Assembly: GCA_964462505.1 (NCBI GenBank)
Contig: CAYWXE010000001.1
Span: 1-61,860 of the forward strand
Reading direction: 5' to 3'
Source: an uncultured archaeon
Lineage (GTDB): Archaea > Halobacteriota > Archaeoglobi > Archaeoglobales > Archaeoglobaceae
DNA: 61,860 nucleotides
This document shows, one piece after another, positions 9,324 through 17,758 of the stretch. Position 1 is the stretch's first letter. Every line of letters begins with the position of its first letter. The position numbers and the translations under genes were made by a program. The notes under the pieces are model-generated. The model searched no databases. It was not told where the DNA came from and saw only the letters and a list, made by a program, of their open reading frames with translations.

Positions 9324-9399
9324 TGGCATAAGATTTCGTCTCTCAAGTTTAAAAAACTTAACCGAAATCGATTAATTACCTCGATTAGACTTTTTAATA

Positions 9400-9471
9400 G
9401 CCCCCGTGGGGTAGGGGATATCCTGAGGGGCTGCGGACTCCTCGACCCGGGTTCGAGTCCCGGCGGGGGCA
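9400..9471 (+). tRNA. tRNA-Arg (anticodon GCG).
   Basis: Cloverleaf folded by hand: acceptor GCCCCCG/CGGGGGC, anticodon stem AGGGG/CUCCU, loop CUGCGGA, T-arm CCGGG-UUCGAGU-CCCGG, discriminator A. CCA is not encoded. Confidence 0.9.
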
Positions 9472-9513
9472 CTACCAAAAGCTTTAATAGATTATTTGGC
9501 TACAACTCAATAA

Positions 9514-9587
9514 GCCGAGGTGGCCTAGCTGGTCGGGGCGACGGACTCATAATCCGTAGGTCCCGGGTTCGAATCCCGGCCTCGGCA
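9514..9587 (+). tRNA. tRNA with a CAU anticodon: elongator Met type, though Ile2 is not excluded.
   Basis: Acceptor GCCGAGG/CCUCGGC, anticodon stem ACGGA/UCCGU, loop CUCAUAA, T-arm CCGGG-UUCGAAU-CCCGG. It lacks the initiator A1-U72 start. Confidence 0.85.
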
Positions 9588-9874
9588 TGTTTTCGTTTCT
9601 TCTAAAAAAGTAGGAGAGGTAATTAGCAGAGTCGAAAATTTACTAAAATTCATTCTATTTGGGGAATCTATCTTCACTGGATATATCTAAAGAGAGTTAA
9701 TGAAGATATTTAACAGATTTTTGGGCTATTACTGGTTAACTACACAATTAGAAATGCATCTGCAAGATAGATTTCTATTAAGGAAAATCCACTTCAAATT
9801 TTAAAAATAATTTTAAAATTAAAATAATATTTTTTAACTGATCTTAAATAGTTTTAGTCTAAGGGGATTAAAGA

Positions 9875-10198
9875 CTACAATGGGTACAATCTCATGGAAA
9901 GGGAAAAAATTAAATGCACAACGATACCAACTAACACGGATAAACCCAGATTTCTCCACTTCTTATAAGATATAAATACAAAAATCAGTGCAGCAATACT
10001 TACACTCAGATCTATTGGCTTTACGGGAAAGGATACAAGAGATGTTACAAATAATGCAGATATCAAAGCCACCGATGAATACGTAAGAAATTCGTCAAGC
10101 CATTTCGATTTAAACTTTTCGTTGAATCTCATCGGGAGAAATCTTGCCAGATAAGTTCCAATTGCGACTAATACTATTGCCAAGTGATGCGTTGACAT
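9875..10198 (-). CDS. azlD: AzlD-family branched-chain amino acid export protein.
   Basis: 107-aa, 4-TM protein that overlaps the upstream azlC-like gene, the typical azlCD pairing. Confidence 0.7.
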   Translation of the reverse strand: MSTHHLAIVLVAIGTYLARFLPMRFNEKFKSKWLDEFLTYSSVALISALFVTSLVSFPVKPIDLSVSIAALIFVFISYKKWRNLGLSVLVGIVVHLIFSLSMRLYPL

Positions 10199-10815
10199 AC
10201 TTTCACCACTATTGGAGTAACTAATCCAGCTATAAGTATTCCCATTGACGTGTATCCGAAGTAGTGGAACACAAAAGCTGTAACTCCACCGACTAACGCT
10301 GCTAACATCTTACCTTTGATGTTTGAGATTAGTAATACGAAGAACAGAGCGGTGAGAGAAAACACAAGCGATGGGGCAAAACCCGTATAAGAGAGTAAAA
10401 CAGCACCGCACAAAACCCCTATTAGAGTTCCGAGAACCCAAGAGAGGTAAGCACAAACTTCCAATCCCCAGATGAATTTCTCGTCGTTCGCATTTAGTGA
10501 AGTAGCAAAGACTTCATCTGTCAATCCAAATGCCGTTAAAATCGGTTTTCTTATGTTAATTCTTTGAGAGATTATACAACCGTAAACTACGTGTCTGAGG
10601 TTTAACATAATTGGTATTATCACAGCATCAACAAACGATTTTGAGATGAGAGAGATTAAAGCGAACTGACTTGCTCCAGCGAATATCAGCATCGATGCGA
10701 GTACAGCTTCAACTCTACCAAATCCAATCGCTACTGCGGAAACGCCAAAAGTTATCGCAACGGGAATGTAACCGATAACTATTGGAACACTCGCAATCAA
10801 TCCCCTTTTAAACAC
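10174..10815 (-). CDS. azlC: AzlC-family branched-chain amino acid permease component.
   Basis: 213-aa polytopic protein with the AzlC-like FAGASQF motif. Confidence 0.75.
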   Translation of the reverse strand: MFKRGLIASVPIVIGYIPVAITFGVSAVAIGFGRVEAVLASMLIFAGASQFALISLISKSFVDAVIIPIMLNLRHVVYGCIISQRINIRKPILTAFGLTDEVFATSLNANDEKFIWGLEVCAYLSWVLGTLIGVLCGAVLLSYTGFAPSLVFSLTALFFVLLISNIKGKMLAALVGGVTAFVFHYFGYTSMGILIAGLVTPIVVKVCQRITWQ

Positions 10816-10871
10816 GAGTTCAATTCACAACTCAGATATAAAGCTTTAATGCCGAATCGTTGAGCTATTAG

Positions 10872-10920
10872 ATGATGAAAATCGGTACCGCTGAGAAGTG
10901 ATGATGGCTGGGTTTACTGA
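10872..10920 (+). ncRNA. C/D-box sRNA (2'-O-methylation guide).
   Basis: ATGATGA(C)-AAATCGGTACCG(12 nt)-CTGA(D')-GAA-GTGATGA(C')-TGGCTGGGTTTA(12 nt)-CTGA(D). An ATATAAAG TATA box at 10836-10843 lies 28 nt upstream of the C box. Confidence 0.65.
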
Positions 10921-11111
10921 TATAGGTACTCCAAACCCCTATTGGTTATCTTCAACTTCCCCTTAACTTCTTCAACGTATCCCATTCTAAGTAGCCATTT
11001 CAGATTAAACCTCAGCTGAAATTCAGATATCTTCAACTCGCTCATAATCTCTTCTTTCGTCTTCTCTCCTTTAGATAATATTAGAAGTATGGCCTTTCTA
11101 ATTGGCATCAT
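10914..11111 (-). CDS. Small winged-helix DNA-binding protein.
   Basis: 65 aa: KAILLILSKGEKTKEEIMSELKISEFQLRFNLKWLLRMGYVEE. It has an ATGA overlap with the upstream RecJ-like gene. Confidence 0.5.
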   Translation of the reverse strand: MMPIRKAILLILSKGEKTKEEIMSELKISEFQLRFNLKWLLRMGYVEEVKGKLKITNRGLEYLYQ

Positions 11112-12472
11112 CTCATCTGTTCACCTATAATCCTATCCAAAATCTCTAAGAACTCCTTTTCTTTTCCTTTAGGTATAGTTGCCCCAGCCGCTATGCTATG
11201 CCCTCCACCACTTCCTCCAACCTTCTTTGCCGCATAACTAACTGCTTTTGCCAAATGAACACCTCTCTCAACCAATCTGTGATTTGCTCTCACAGAAACT
11301 TTAACTCCTCTATCGCTCTCAGCAAATCCCACTATCGGCTTGTTCGGATTGGCCTTGTAGTAATACATACCCGCAATTATTCCAACAACTGTATCGGGAA
11401 TCTCATTGCCAGCGTTAAAGTATTGAATGTTTTCAAGCTCAACTATTCCGATTTCATCTAAAAACCTTATACCTTCCGAAAGAATTCTTCTGTGATTTTG
11501 CAGTAGTGTTCTCGCCCTTTTAAATGCGTTTTCATCTCCTAAACAAACCTTTAAGCCTACTTCAGCTTGGTTGTATCTTGCAGTCGCATTTAGAAGTGTA
11601 GAGTATTCAGTCGCATCTCTCTTCTCAGTTCCCTCTTTCTCTTTAAGCAGTATATAACACTCACCAACTAAACCCCTTATAACTTCAAACGGGATTCCGT
11701 ATTCCATACATAGCCTTACAATTCCGGAGACTACTTTTCTCTTCTCTTCTAAGCTTAATTCTATCCATCTCTTCCAAGGATCTACTCCTAAGCTTTTTAA
11801 GAACTCAACAGCTCCTATTTCATTCCCACTTATCATCGGCAAATAGGGATTGGTTGTATACTCCAAAACCTTTACAATAGGTCTCGTCTGCTTACCAAAG
11901 AGTCTCAAATCCCTTTTTACTTCGATATATCCGTATTTAACGCCGTCATCTAATACATATCTGTTTAAACCTATTAGCTTTCCATGCTTAGAGTCTTGCA
12001 GATCTCCAACCGCTCCAACGATGGCTAAAGCTGATAAATCTTCACATCCCTTCTCGAAATCAAACAGATTCCTCCTGAGCATGAACTTAGCGACTAAATA
12101 AGTTGTCGTAGCTCCACTCAACTCAATCGATCCATCGTAACCGAACTCATGCGGGTTCAGCTGCATTCTGTGATAACCCTTTGGGATATGGTGATCTGTT
12201 ATTACAAAGTTCAGATCCTTTATCAAATCGAGTTGACCACTTCCTATGTCAGTAAACCAAACGAAATCGTATCCCTTTGCGATATCTACAACCTCCCTAT
12301 CCAACTGTTTGGTGAAGACGATCTCCTTCTCTATTCCCACTCTTTCCAAAGCCTGATACGCTATACTTCCAGAGGTAATTCCATCTGCATCTATGTGTGT
12401 AACTATTAGGACTTCTCTTTGCTTTAGCAAAACCGATGCCAGTTCTAAAGCTTTCTTGAACAGTTCTTTCAC
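11108..12472 (-). CDS. Archaeal RecJ/Cdc45-like DHH-family phosphoesterase.
   Basis: DHH motifs VTHIDADGITSG and ITDHH, plus the DHHA1 motif GGGHSIAAGA. 454 aa. Confidence 0.8.
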   Translation of the reverse strand: MKELFKKALELASVLLKQREVLIVTHIDADGITSGSIAYQALERVGIEKEIVFTKQLDREVVDIAKGYDFVWFTDIGSGQLDLIKDLNFVITDHHIPKGYHRMQLNPHEFGYDGSIELSGATTTYLVAKFMLRRNLFDFEKGCEDLSALAIVGAVGDLQDSKHGKLIGLNRYVLDDGVKYGYIEVKRDLRLFGKQTRPIVKVLEYTTNPYLPMISGNEIGAVEFLKSLGVDPWKRWIELSLEEKRKVVSGIVRLCMEYGIPFEVIRGLVGECYILLKEKEGTEKRDATEYSTLLNATARYNQAEVGLKVCLGDENAFKRARTLLQNHRRILSEGIRFLDEIGIVELENIQYFNAGNEIPDTVVGIIAGMYYYKANPNKPIVGFAESDRGVKVSVRANHRLVERGVHLAKAVSYAAKKVGGSGGGHSIAAGATIPKGKEKEFLEILDRIIGEQMR

Positions 12473-12884
12473 GGATTAAATTAGTGTTTAAAACTTAAAG
12501 CTTTTGATGACTTGATAGAGGATATCAAGTAAAGAGAAACAAGAATTTTGATGAAAGTTAATATCTTAACTAGAAATCCTTAATATCATAAAGCTCTAAA
12601 AATATTTTAAAAACTTAAAAAGTTTAAAATACAAATAAGAAATCCTTTGGACGAGAATTTATTAAATTAAATTATTTTTCCCCTAAAGCAAAGAATTGGA
12701 TTTTTCTACTCTATAACAGATTGAAGAATACAATCGATAACTAGAATTTTTTATTCATAAACTTTTAATTCCCTTTAATAAAATAATAAAATATACTTTA
12801 CAAAATCTTTAATATGGTTAATATAAGCAATCGATTTCTATTCAATTCGATAAATCTTAAACACTCTGAGAACAAGTAATCGCT

Positions 12885-13595
12885 ATGTTTAGAATAATTC
12901 CAGCAGTAGATTTAAAAAACGGAAAAGTCGTTAGGCTGAGACAAGGAAGGGAAAGAGAAATCACGTTTGAAGCAGAAAACCCAGTTGAAATCGCTAAAAA
13001 TTGGGTTAAACGGGGAGCGAGAAGTTTACATGTTATAGATTTAGATGGAGCTTTTAAAGGTAAATTGAAACATGAAAACATCATTCGTGAAATCCTAAAG
13101 CTTCCAGTAGATATTCAAGTCGGTGGTGGAATTAGAGATTTAAAAATCGCTGAGAGATTGCTAAATATCGGAGCTAAGAGAGTTATACTTGGAACTCTTG
13201 CTGCTTTAAGAGTTAACGATGTTAGGGGATTTGCTGAGAAGTGGAGTAATAGAGTTATGATTGCAATAGACTCAAAAGCTGGAAAAATCGCCATTAGGGG
13301 TTGGAAGGAGGAGTTAAAGCTTAAACCAGTTGATTTAGCAAAGCTCTACGACGATTTAGAAGTCTCCTTTTTGTATACAAACGTAGACGTTGAAGGCTTG
13401 GGGAGGGGGATAGATACTAAAAGAATAGAAGAAGTCGTTTGCAAAATTGAAAGGCCTGTTTACGTAGCTGGTGGAATTTCTTCGGTAGAAGATGTGAAGC
13501 TTATAAGAGAGATAGGTGCAGCAGGAGTTGTGATCGGTTATGCGTTTTACTCTGGAAAGCTTAAATTCGAAGACCTATTAAAACTTGAAACATGA
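12885..13595 (+). CDS. hisA: ProFAR isomerase HisA.
   Basis: RIIPAVDLKNGKVVRLRQG, VGGGIR, and C-terminal AGGISS motifs. 236 aa. Confidence 0.9.
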   Translation: MFRIIPAVDLKNGKVVRLRQGREREITFEAENPVEIAKNWVKRGARSLHVIDLDGAFKGKLKHENIIREILKLPVDIQVGGGIRDLKIAERLLNIGAKRVILGTLAALRVNDVRGFAEKWSNRVMIAIDSKAGKIAIRGWKEELKLKPVDLAKLYDDLEVSFLYTNVDVEGLGRGIDTKRIEEVVCKIERPVYVAGGISSVEDVKLIREIGAAGVVIGYAFYSGKLKFEDLLKLET

Positions 13596-14131
13596 GGGTT
13601 AAGAGGAAAACCACTGAAACAGAGGTTGAGGTAGAGTTTAAAGCGGATAAAACAGAAATAGAAACAGGAATCCCGTTCTTTAACCACATGCTTGAAACCT
13701 TAGCAAAACACCTTGGAGTAAACTTAGTTGTGAAAGCTAGAGGTGATGATATACATCACGTGATCGAAGACGTAGCAATTTGTTTAGGGAGAGCTATAAG
13801 TGAAATCGATAAGAGGGGTTTGGAGAGATTCGGAGATGCAATAGTTCCAATGGATGACTCAGTTACCATATGTGGAGTAGACTTCAGTGGTAGAGGTGTT
13901 TTCGTATTCGAGGGGGATATCAAAGATTACAGAGATTTTAAGGCCGAAGACTTCTTACACTTCTTCGATACACTGTGCAGAAACTCTGGGATAAATGCAT
14001 ATATGTACGTTAAGGGGAAAAACTCACATCACATGATCGAATCAGCGTTTAAAGCCTTTGCAATAGCCTTAAAAAAGGCTTTAAGAAAGACCTCTGGAGA
14101 ATACAGAAGTGTCAAGGGTTTGTTGGATTAA
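13592..14131 (+). CDS. hisB: Imidazoleglycerol-phosphate dehydratase HisB.
   Basis: RKTTETEVEVE start, and the paired HH..E metal motifs DIHHVIEDV and NSHHMIESAFKA. 179 aa. Confidence 0.9.
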   Translation: MRVKRKTTETEVEVEFKADKTEIETGIPFFNHMLETLAKHLGVNLVVKARGDDIHHVIEDVAICLGRAISEIDKRGLERFGDAIVPMDDSVTICGVDFSGRGVFVFEGDIKDYRDFKAEDFLHFFDTLCRNSGINAYMYVKGKNSHHMIESAFKAFAIALKKALRKTSGEYRSVKGLLD

Positions 14132-14486
14132 ACGCTATGGCATCACCTCTCGCAATCAATTCATCCCCTCTTAAAACTTTTAGCTCGCAAAAGGCAAACC
14201 TTTTAGTGCTGTGAACGACTTTAGCTTCAGCTACGAGTTCATCTCCTTCGTGAGCTGGCTTGTAGTAATCGATTCTAATAGATATCGAAACCCTCTTAAC
14301 CCCATCGGAATTCGCAGCTATTGCAAATGCGAAATCCGCTAAACTGAATATATAAGAGCCATGTGCAATTCCGTGGAAGTTTAAGTACTCTCTCCTAACG
14401 ATTCCCTTAACCTTTGCATAACCTCTTTTGACTTTAACTATTTCAGCTCCTAAGAACATCCTAAATCTATCGTCTTCGAGATTCAT
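14112..14486 (-). CDS. PaaI/hotdog-fold thioesterase.
   Basis: 124 aa. HGIAHGSYIFSLADFAF is the typical PaaI-type active-site segment. Confidence 0.7.
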   Translation of the reverse strand: MNLEDDRFRMFLGAEIVKVKRGYAKVKGIVRREYLNFHGIAHGSYIFSLADFAFAIAANSDGVKRVSISIRIDYYKPAHEGDELVAEAKVVHSTKRFAFCELKVLRGDELIARGDAIAFNPTNP

Positions 14487-14585
14487 GAATCGATTAAATT
14501 AAGCTTAAAAATCAATATTTCGAAGGTTTGTTTTGAAATTTTAATAATTTATTTGGGCAGGGTTCAATAATAAAGACGAACAAAA

Positions 14586-15200
14586 TCAGGGGACTCTTCC
14601 AGTTACGATTACTGCCAATTTACTCCAAAAGGGATACGGCCCTATCTCAACATACCTTATATCCTCCAATTTTGCCCTTAAAAACCATGCAATACACTGC
14701 TGTGTAGATGGAAATAGCATTATACTGTTAGCTATTTTGCTTATTATTGGATTATTCGGCTTTCTCGGTGCTAAAATGACAACTCTTCCCCCACTCTTCG
14801 TAACCCTCGTCATTTCCTCTACACTTTTTTGAGGATTTGGTAAATACTCTACAATTCCAGCAGAGATAGTTGCATCGAATGTGTTGTCTTTAAACGGTAG
14901 ATTTTCCGCATCTCCAAGCATAAAACAGCATTTAAGCTTTTCTACAGCTCTTTTTAACTGTTCAGGTGTTAAATCTATTGCCACTACGTTTTCCTCGCCA
15001 ACGATCCTTGTAATCTCTTCAGTTGTATAGCCAGTCCCACATCCGATTTCTAAAACGAAATCTCCTCTGCGAATACTTGCGAGCTCAACAACTTTTCTTC
15101 GCATCTGTTTAGAGTAAAAAATCGGATTTACGTAGTCGTATACCTTTGAAAAGTACTTATAAAAAATCCTTGCCCTTCTCTTATCTTCGAGAAATCCCAT
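14586..15200 (-). CDS. Class I SAM-dependent methyltransferase (UbiE/COQ5-like).
   Basis: Motif I VLEIGCGTGYTT and post-I VAIDLTPEQL. 204 aa. Overlaps the rps6e stop by 1 nt. Confidence 0.75.
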   Translation of the reverse strand: MGFLEDKRRARIFYKYFSKVYDYVNPIFYSKQMRRKVVELASIRRGDFVLEIGCGTGYTTEEITRIVGEENVVAIDLTPEQLKRAVEKLKCCFMLGDAENLPFKDNTFDATISAGIVEYLPNPQKSVEEMTRVTKSGGRVVILAPRKPNNPIISKIANSIMLFPSTQQCIAWFLRAKLEDIRYVEIGPYPFWSKLAVIVTGRVP

Positions 15201-15601
15201 TACTCCTCTTTTTCCTTTTGTTCTTTCTTAAAGAACTCTTCGAGCGGTATTTTTCCATGCTTTACGACTTTCATGTTTATCTGAACTATGTCTTTAGATA
15301 TCACTCTACCCCTAACAGTCTTTCTCTTCCTCATACCCCTTTCTCTCGGCCTAAACCCTACACCACCAGATAACAAAATCCTCTTCCTACCAGTTCCGGG
15401 TATATCTGGTCTCATTGGAAAACCGTCTTTATCCGTTCCACCAGTTATCTGCAACTCGTAATCTGGTGGGAGTTCAACTACTGTACCGTTTACAACATCA
15501 CCTATCTGTTTTCCAATCAATCTGTTAGCGTTTGCACCAGTTATCACCTTCTGATAAGCCCTTCCAGTTTTTGGATCGGATATAACAACTCTGAACTCCA
15601 T
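15200..15601 (-). CDS. rps6e: 30S ribosomal protein S6e.
   Basis: [17 protein letters not shown] ... [11 protein letters not shown] is the S6e signature. 133 aa. Confidence 0.9.
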   Translation of the reverse strand: MEFRVVISDPKTGRAYQKVITGANANRLIGKQIGDVVNGTVVELPPDYELQITGGTDKDGFPMRPDIPGTGRKRILLSGGVGFRPRERGMRKRKTVRGRVISKDIVQINMKVVKHGKIPLEEFFKKEQKEKEE

Positions 15602-15707
15602 GTAATCTCCAGAATTTGCTTAGGCTTATAAAACTTCTGTCTTCTAAGGATTAGAGATTTGAGTTCAAGAATAAAAAAGCTAATTAGGAATTGATACTAC
15701 TCCCGTT

Positions 15708-15893
15708 ATGTGTGAATCGAAGGTGTTTAGAGTTGGAAGTGATGAACCAATTATGGAGGACGTAATTCGAATAGTTGTCGAAGGGGAAAAGATTAAGATG
15801 TGGAGTATATTAGGAGATTATGCTGAGATTAAGGGTAGAATCGTTGAGATGGATTTAAGAGGGCACAAGATATTTGTGGAGGGTTTAGAATGA
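15708..15893 (+). CDS. CooT-family small nickel-binding protein.
   Basis: 61 aa starting MCE (Cys2), with a beta-rich pattern like CooT. ATGA overlap with gap. Confidence 0.55.
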   Translation: MCESKVFRVGSDEPIMEDVIRIVVEGEKIKMWSILGDYAEIKGRIVEMDLRGHKIFVEGLE

Positions 15894-16909
15894 AAGTTAG
15901 AGTTGCTGTAAACGGTTTTGGAACGATTGGAAAGAGGGTGGCAGAGGCTGTAAGTCTGCAAGATGACATGGAGGTAATAGGTGTTACAAAGACAAAGCCC
16001 GATTTTGAAGCGAAATTGGCAGCTAAGCATTACGACTTATACGTTGCAATACCAGAGAACCTAAGCAAGTTTGAGAAGGCTGAGATAGAAGTAAAGGGAA
16101 CTGTTGAAGATCTACTACAGAAAGCAGATATAGTGATAGATTGCAGCCCAAACAAAGTTGGAGCTGAGAATAAAAAGCTATATTACGAAAAATACGGGAT
16201 TAAAGCGATATTTCAGGGTGGAGAAAAGGCTAACGTTGCAGAAGTTTCTTTTAACGCATTGGCAAATTACGAAAAGGCCAAGGGTAAGAGATACGTTAGG
16301 GTTGTAAGCTGTAATACAACTGGCTTGGTTAGACTCATACACACACTTAAAACGAACTTCAAAATCGGAAGAGTTAGGGCTACTATGCTTAGGAGGGTTG
16401 TGGATCCAAAGGAGGATAAGAAGGGGCTTGTAAACGGTATAATGCCAGATCCAGTTGCAATTCCATCACACCACGGCCCAGACGTAAAAACGGTTTTGCC
16501 CGATGTAGACATCGTGACTACAGCTTTTAAACTTCCGACAACACTTATGCATGTGCATTCGTTATGCATAGAACTCAAGGAAAACGTTACTGTAAGTGAT
16601 GTTGTAAACGTGCTTGAGGATGAGCCGAGGATATTACTTATATCTGAAGAAGACGGATTCACTTCTACTGCGAAGATCATTGAATTTGCAAGAGAGGTTA
16701 GAAAGAGATACGATTTATTCGAAAACATCGTCTGGAGGGAATCGATTGGAATCGATGGAAACGACCTCTTCATAACTCAGGCGATTCATCAGGAAGCGAT
16801 TGTAATTCCTGAAAACGTAGATGCAATTAGAGCTATGCTCGAAATCGCTGAGAAAGATGAAAGTATCGAGAAAACGAATACAGCACTTGGAATTCCTATA
16901 AAGATTTAA
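15890..16909 (+). CDS. gap: Archaeal type II glyceraldehyde-3-phosphate dehydrogenase.
   Basis: VAVNGFGTIGKRVA, the catalytic VSCNTTGL, and HHGPDV. 339 aa. Confidence 0.9.
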   Translation: MKVRVAVNGFGTIGKRVAEAVSLQDDMEVIGVTKTKPDFEAKLAAKHYDLYVAIPENLSKFEKAEIEVKGTVEDLLQKADIVIDCSPNKVGAENKKLYYEKYGIKAIFQGGEKANVAEVSFNALANYEKAKGKRYVRVVSCNTTGLVRLIHTLKTNFKIGRVRATMLRRVVDPKEDKKGLVNGIMPDPVAIPSHHGPDVKTVLPDVDIVTTAFKLPTTLMHVHSLCIELKENVTVSDVVNVLEDEPRILLISEEDGFTSTAKIIEFAREVRKRYDLFENIVWRESIGIDGNDLFITQAIHQEAIVIPENVDAIRAMLEIAEKDESIEKTNTALGIPIKI

Positions 16910-16918
16910 TTTTTTACT

Positions 16919-17698
16919 ATGAGATACGCGTTTAAGATTGCATACTTCGGAAGAGATTTTCACGGGAGTCAGTATCAGCCGAACGTTAGGACTGTCGAAG
17001 GTGAAGTTCTAAAAGCTTTGAAGAAGCTAGGAATTGAAAAACCGAATTTAAAGTTCGCTGGAAGGACAGATGCTGGTGTTCACGCATTTGGGCAAGTTAT
17101 AGCGTTTAATAGTGACGAAAAGATATTTCCAAGGATTCTGAACTCAGAACTTCCAAGAGATATAACGGCTTGGGCGTGGGCTAAGGTTAGTGATGACTTC
17201 GATCCAAGGAGAGCTAAGAGTAGAGTTTACATGTACGTAACGTTTTGTGAAGGTTTAGACGTTTCATCGATGAGGAAAGCTGTGAAGTTGTTAAAAGGGA
17301 CTCACGACTTTGCAAATTTCACAAAGAAGTTTGGAGAAGGGGAGAGTTGCGTTAGAACTATTTATCGTGCAGACATAAGGATTGAAAGGGAGTTTTTGAT
17401 ATTTGAAATAGAGGCTAATGCCTTCACTTGGAACATGGTTAGATGTATAGTTTCGGCATTGGTTGAAATTGGAAAGAGGCATAGAAGTGTTGAATGGTTT
17501 GAGGAGCTTTTGCATCCAGAAAGGCATAAAGAAAGGATTGAACCTGCCCCCCCTTATGGATTGGTTTTAAAGGACGTTAAATACGATGATATCGAGTTCG
17601 AAGTGGATGAATACGCGTTGAAAACATTACATTCAAGATTTAGGGAGATAGTAGATTACCACGGTGTTGTATACAAGCTCTTTTCGATGTTTATATAA
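16919..17698 (+). CDS. truA: tRNA pseudouridine synthase A.
   Basis: YFGRDFHGSQ and the catalytic GRTDAGVHA. 259 aa. Confidence 0.9.
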   Translation: MRYAFKIAYFGRDFHGSQYQPNVRTVEGEVLKALKKLGIEKPNLKFAGRTDAGVHAFGQVIAFNSDEKIFPRILNSELPRDITAWAWAKVSDDFDPRRAKSRVYMYVTFCEGLDVSSMRKAVKLLKGTHDFANFTKKFGEGESCVRTIYRADIRIEREFLIFEIEANAFTWNMVRCIVSALVEIGKRHRSVEWFEELLHPERHKERIEPAPPYGLVLKDVKYDDIEFEVDEYALKTLHSRFREIVDYHGVVYKLFSMFI

Positions 17699-17758
17699 TT
17701 TGCACTCTTAAATCCATATTTATCGATGCTTAGTGGTGTAAAAAAGCAAATCCTTAAA

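Noticed and set aside
10905-10916. The D-guide UGGCUGGGUUUA of the second C/D sRNA resembles the conserved 23S rRNA segment GAGCUGGGUUUAGA, as recalled from memory.
   Set aside because: The similarity is in the same sense as the rRNA, not antisense, so it cannot guide methylation there. I therefore make no target assignment.
12473-12884. A 412-bp very AT-rich divergent spacer between the RecJ-like gene and hisA, considered as a replication origin. It contains two copies of AGAAATCCTT (12572-12581 and 12638-12647) and short hairpins.
   Set aside because: There are no recognisable ORB or mini-ORB repeats, no adjacent orc1/cdc6, and only a 10-mer repeated twice. A large divergent promoter region is the simpler explanation. 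Marker-frequency or ORC ChIP data would be needed.
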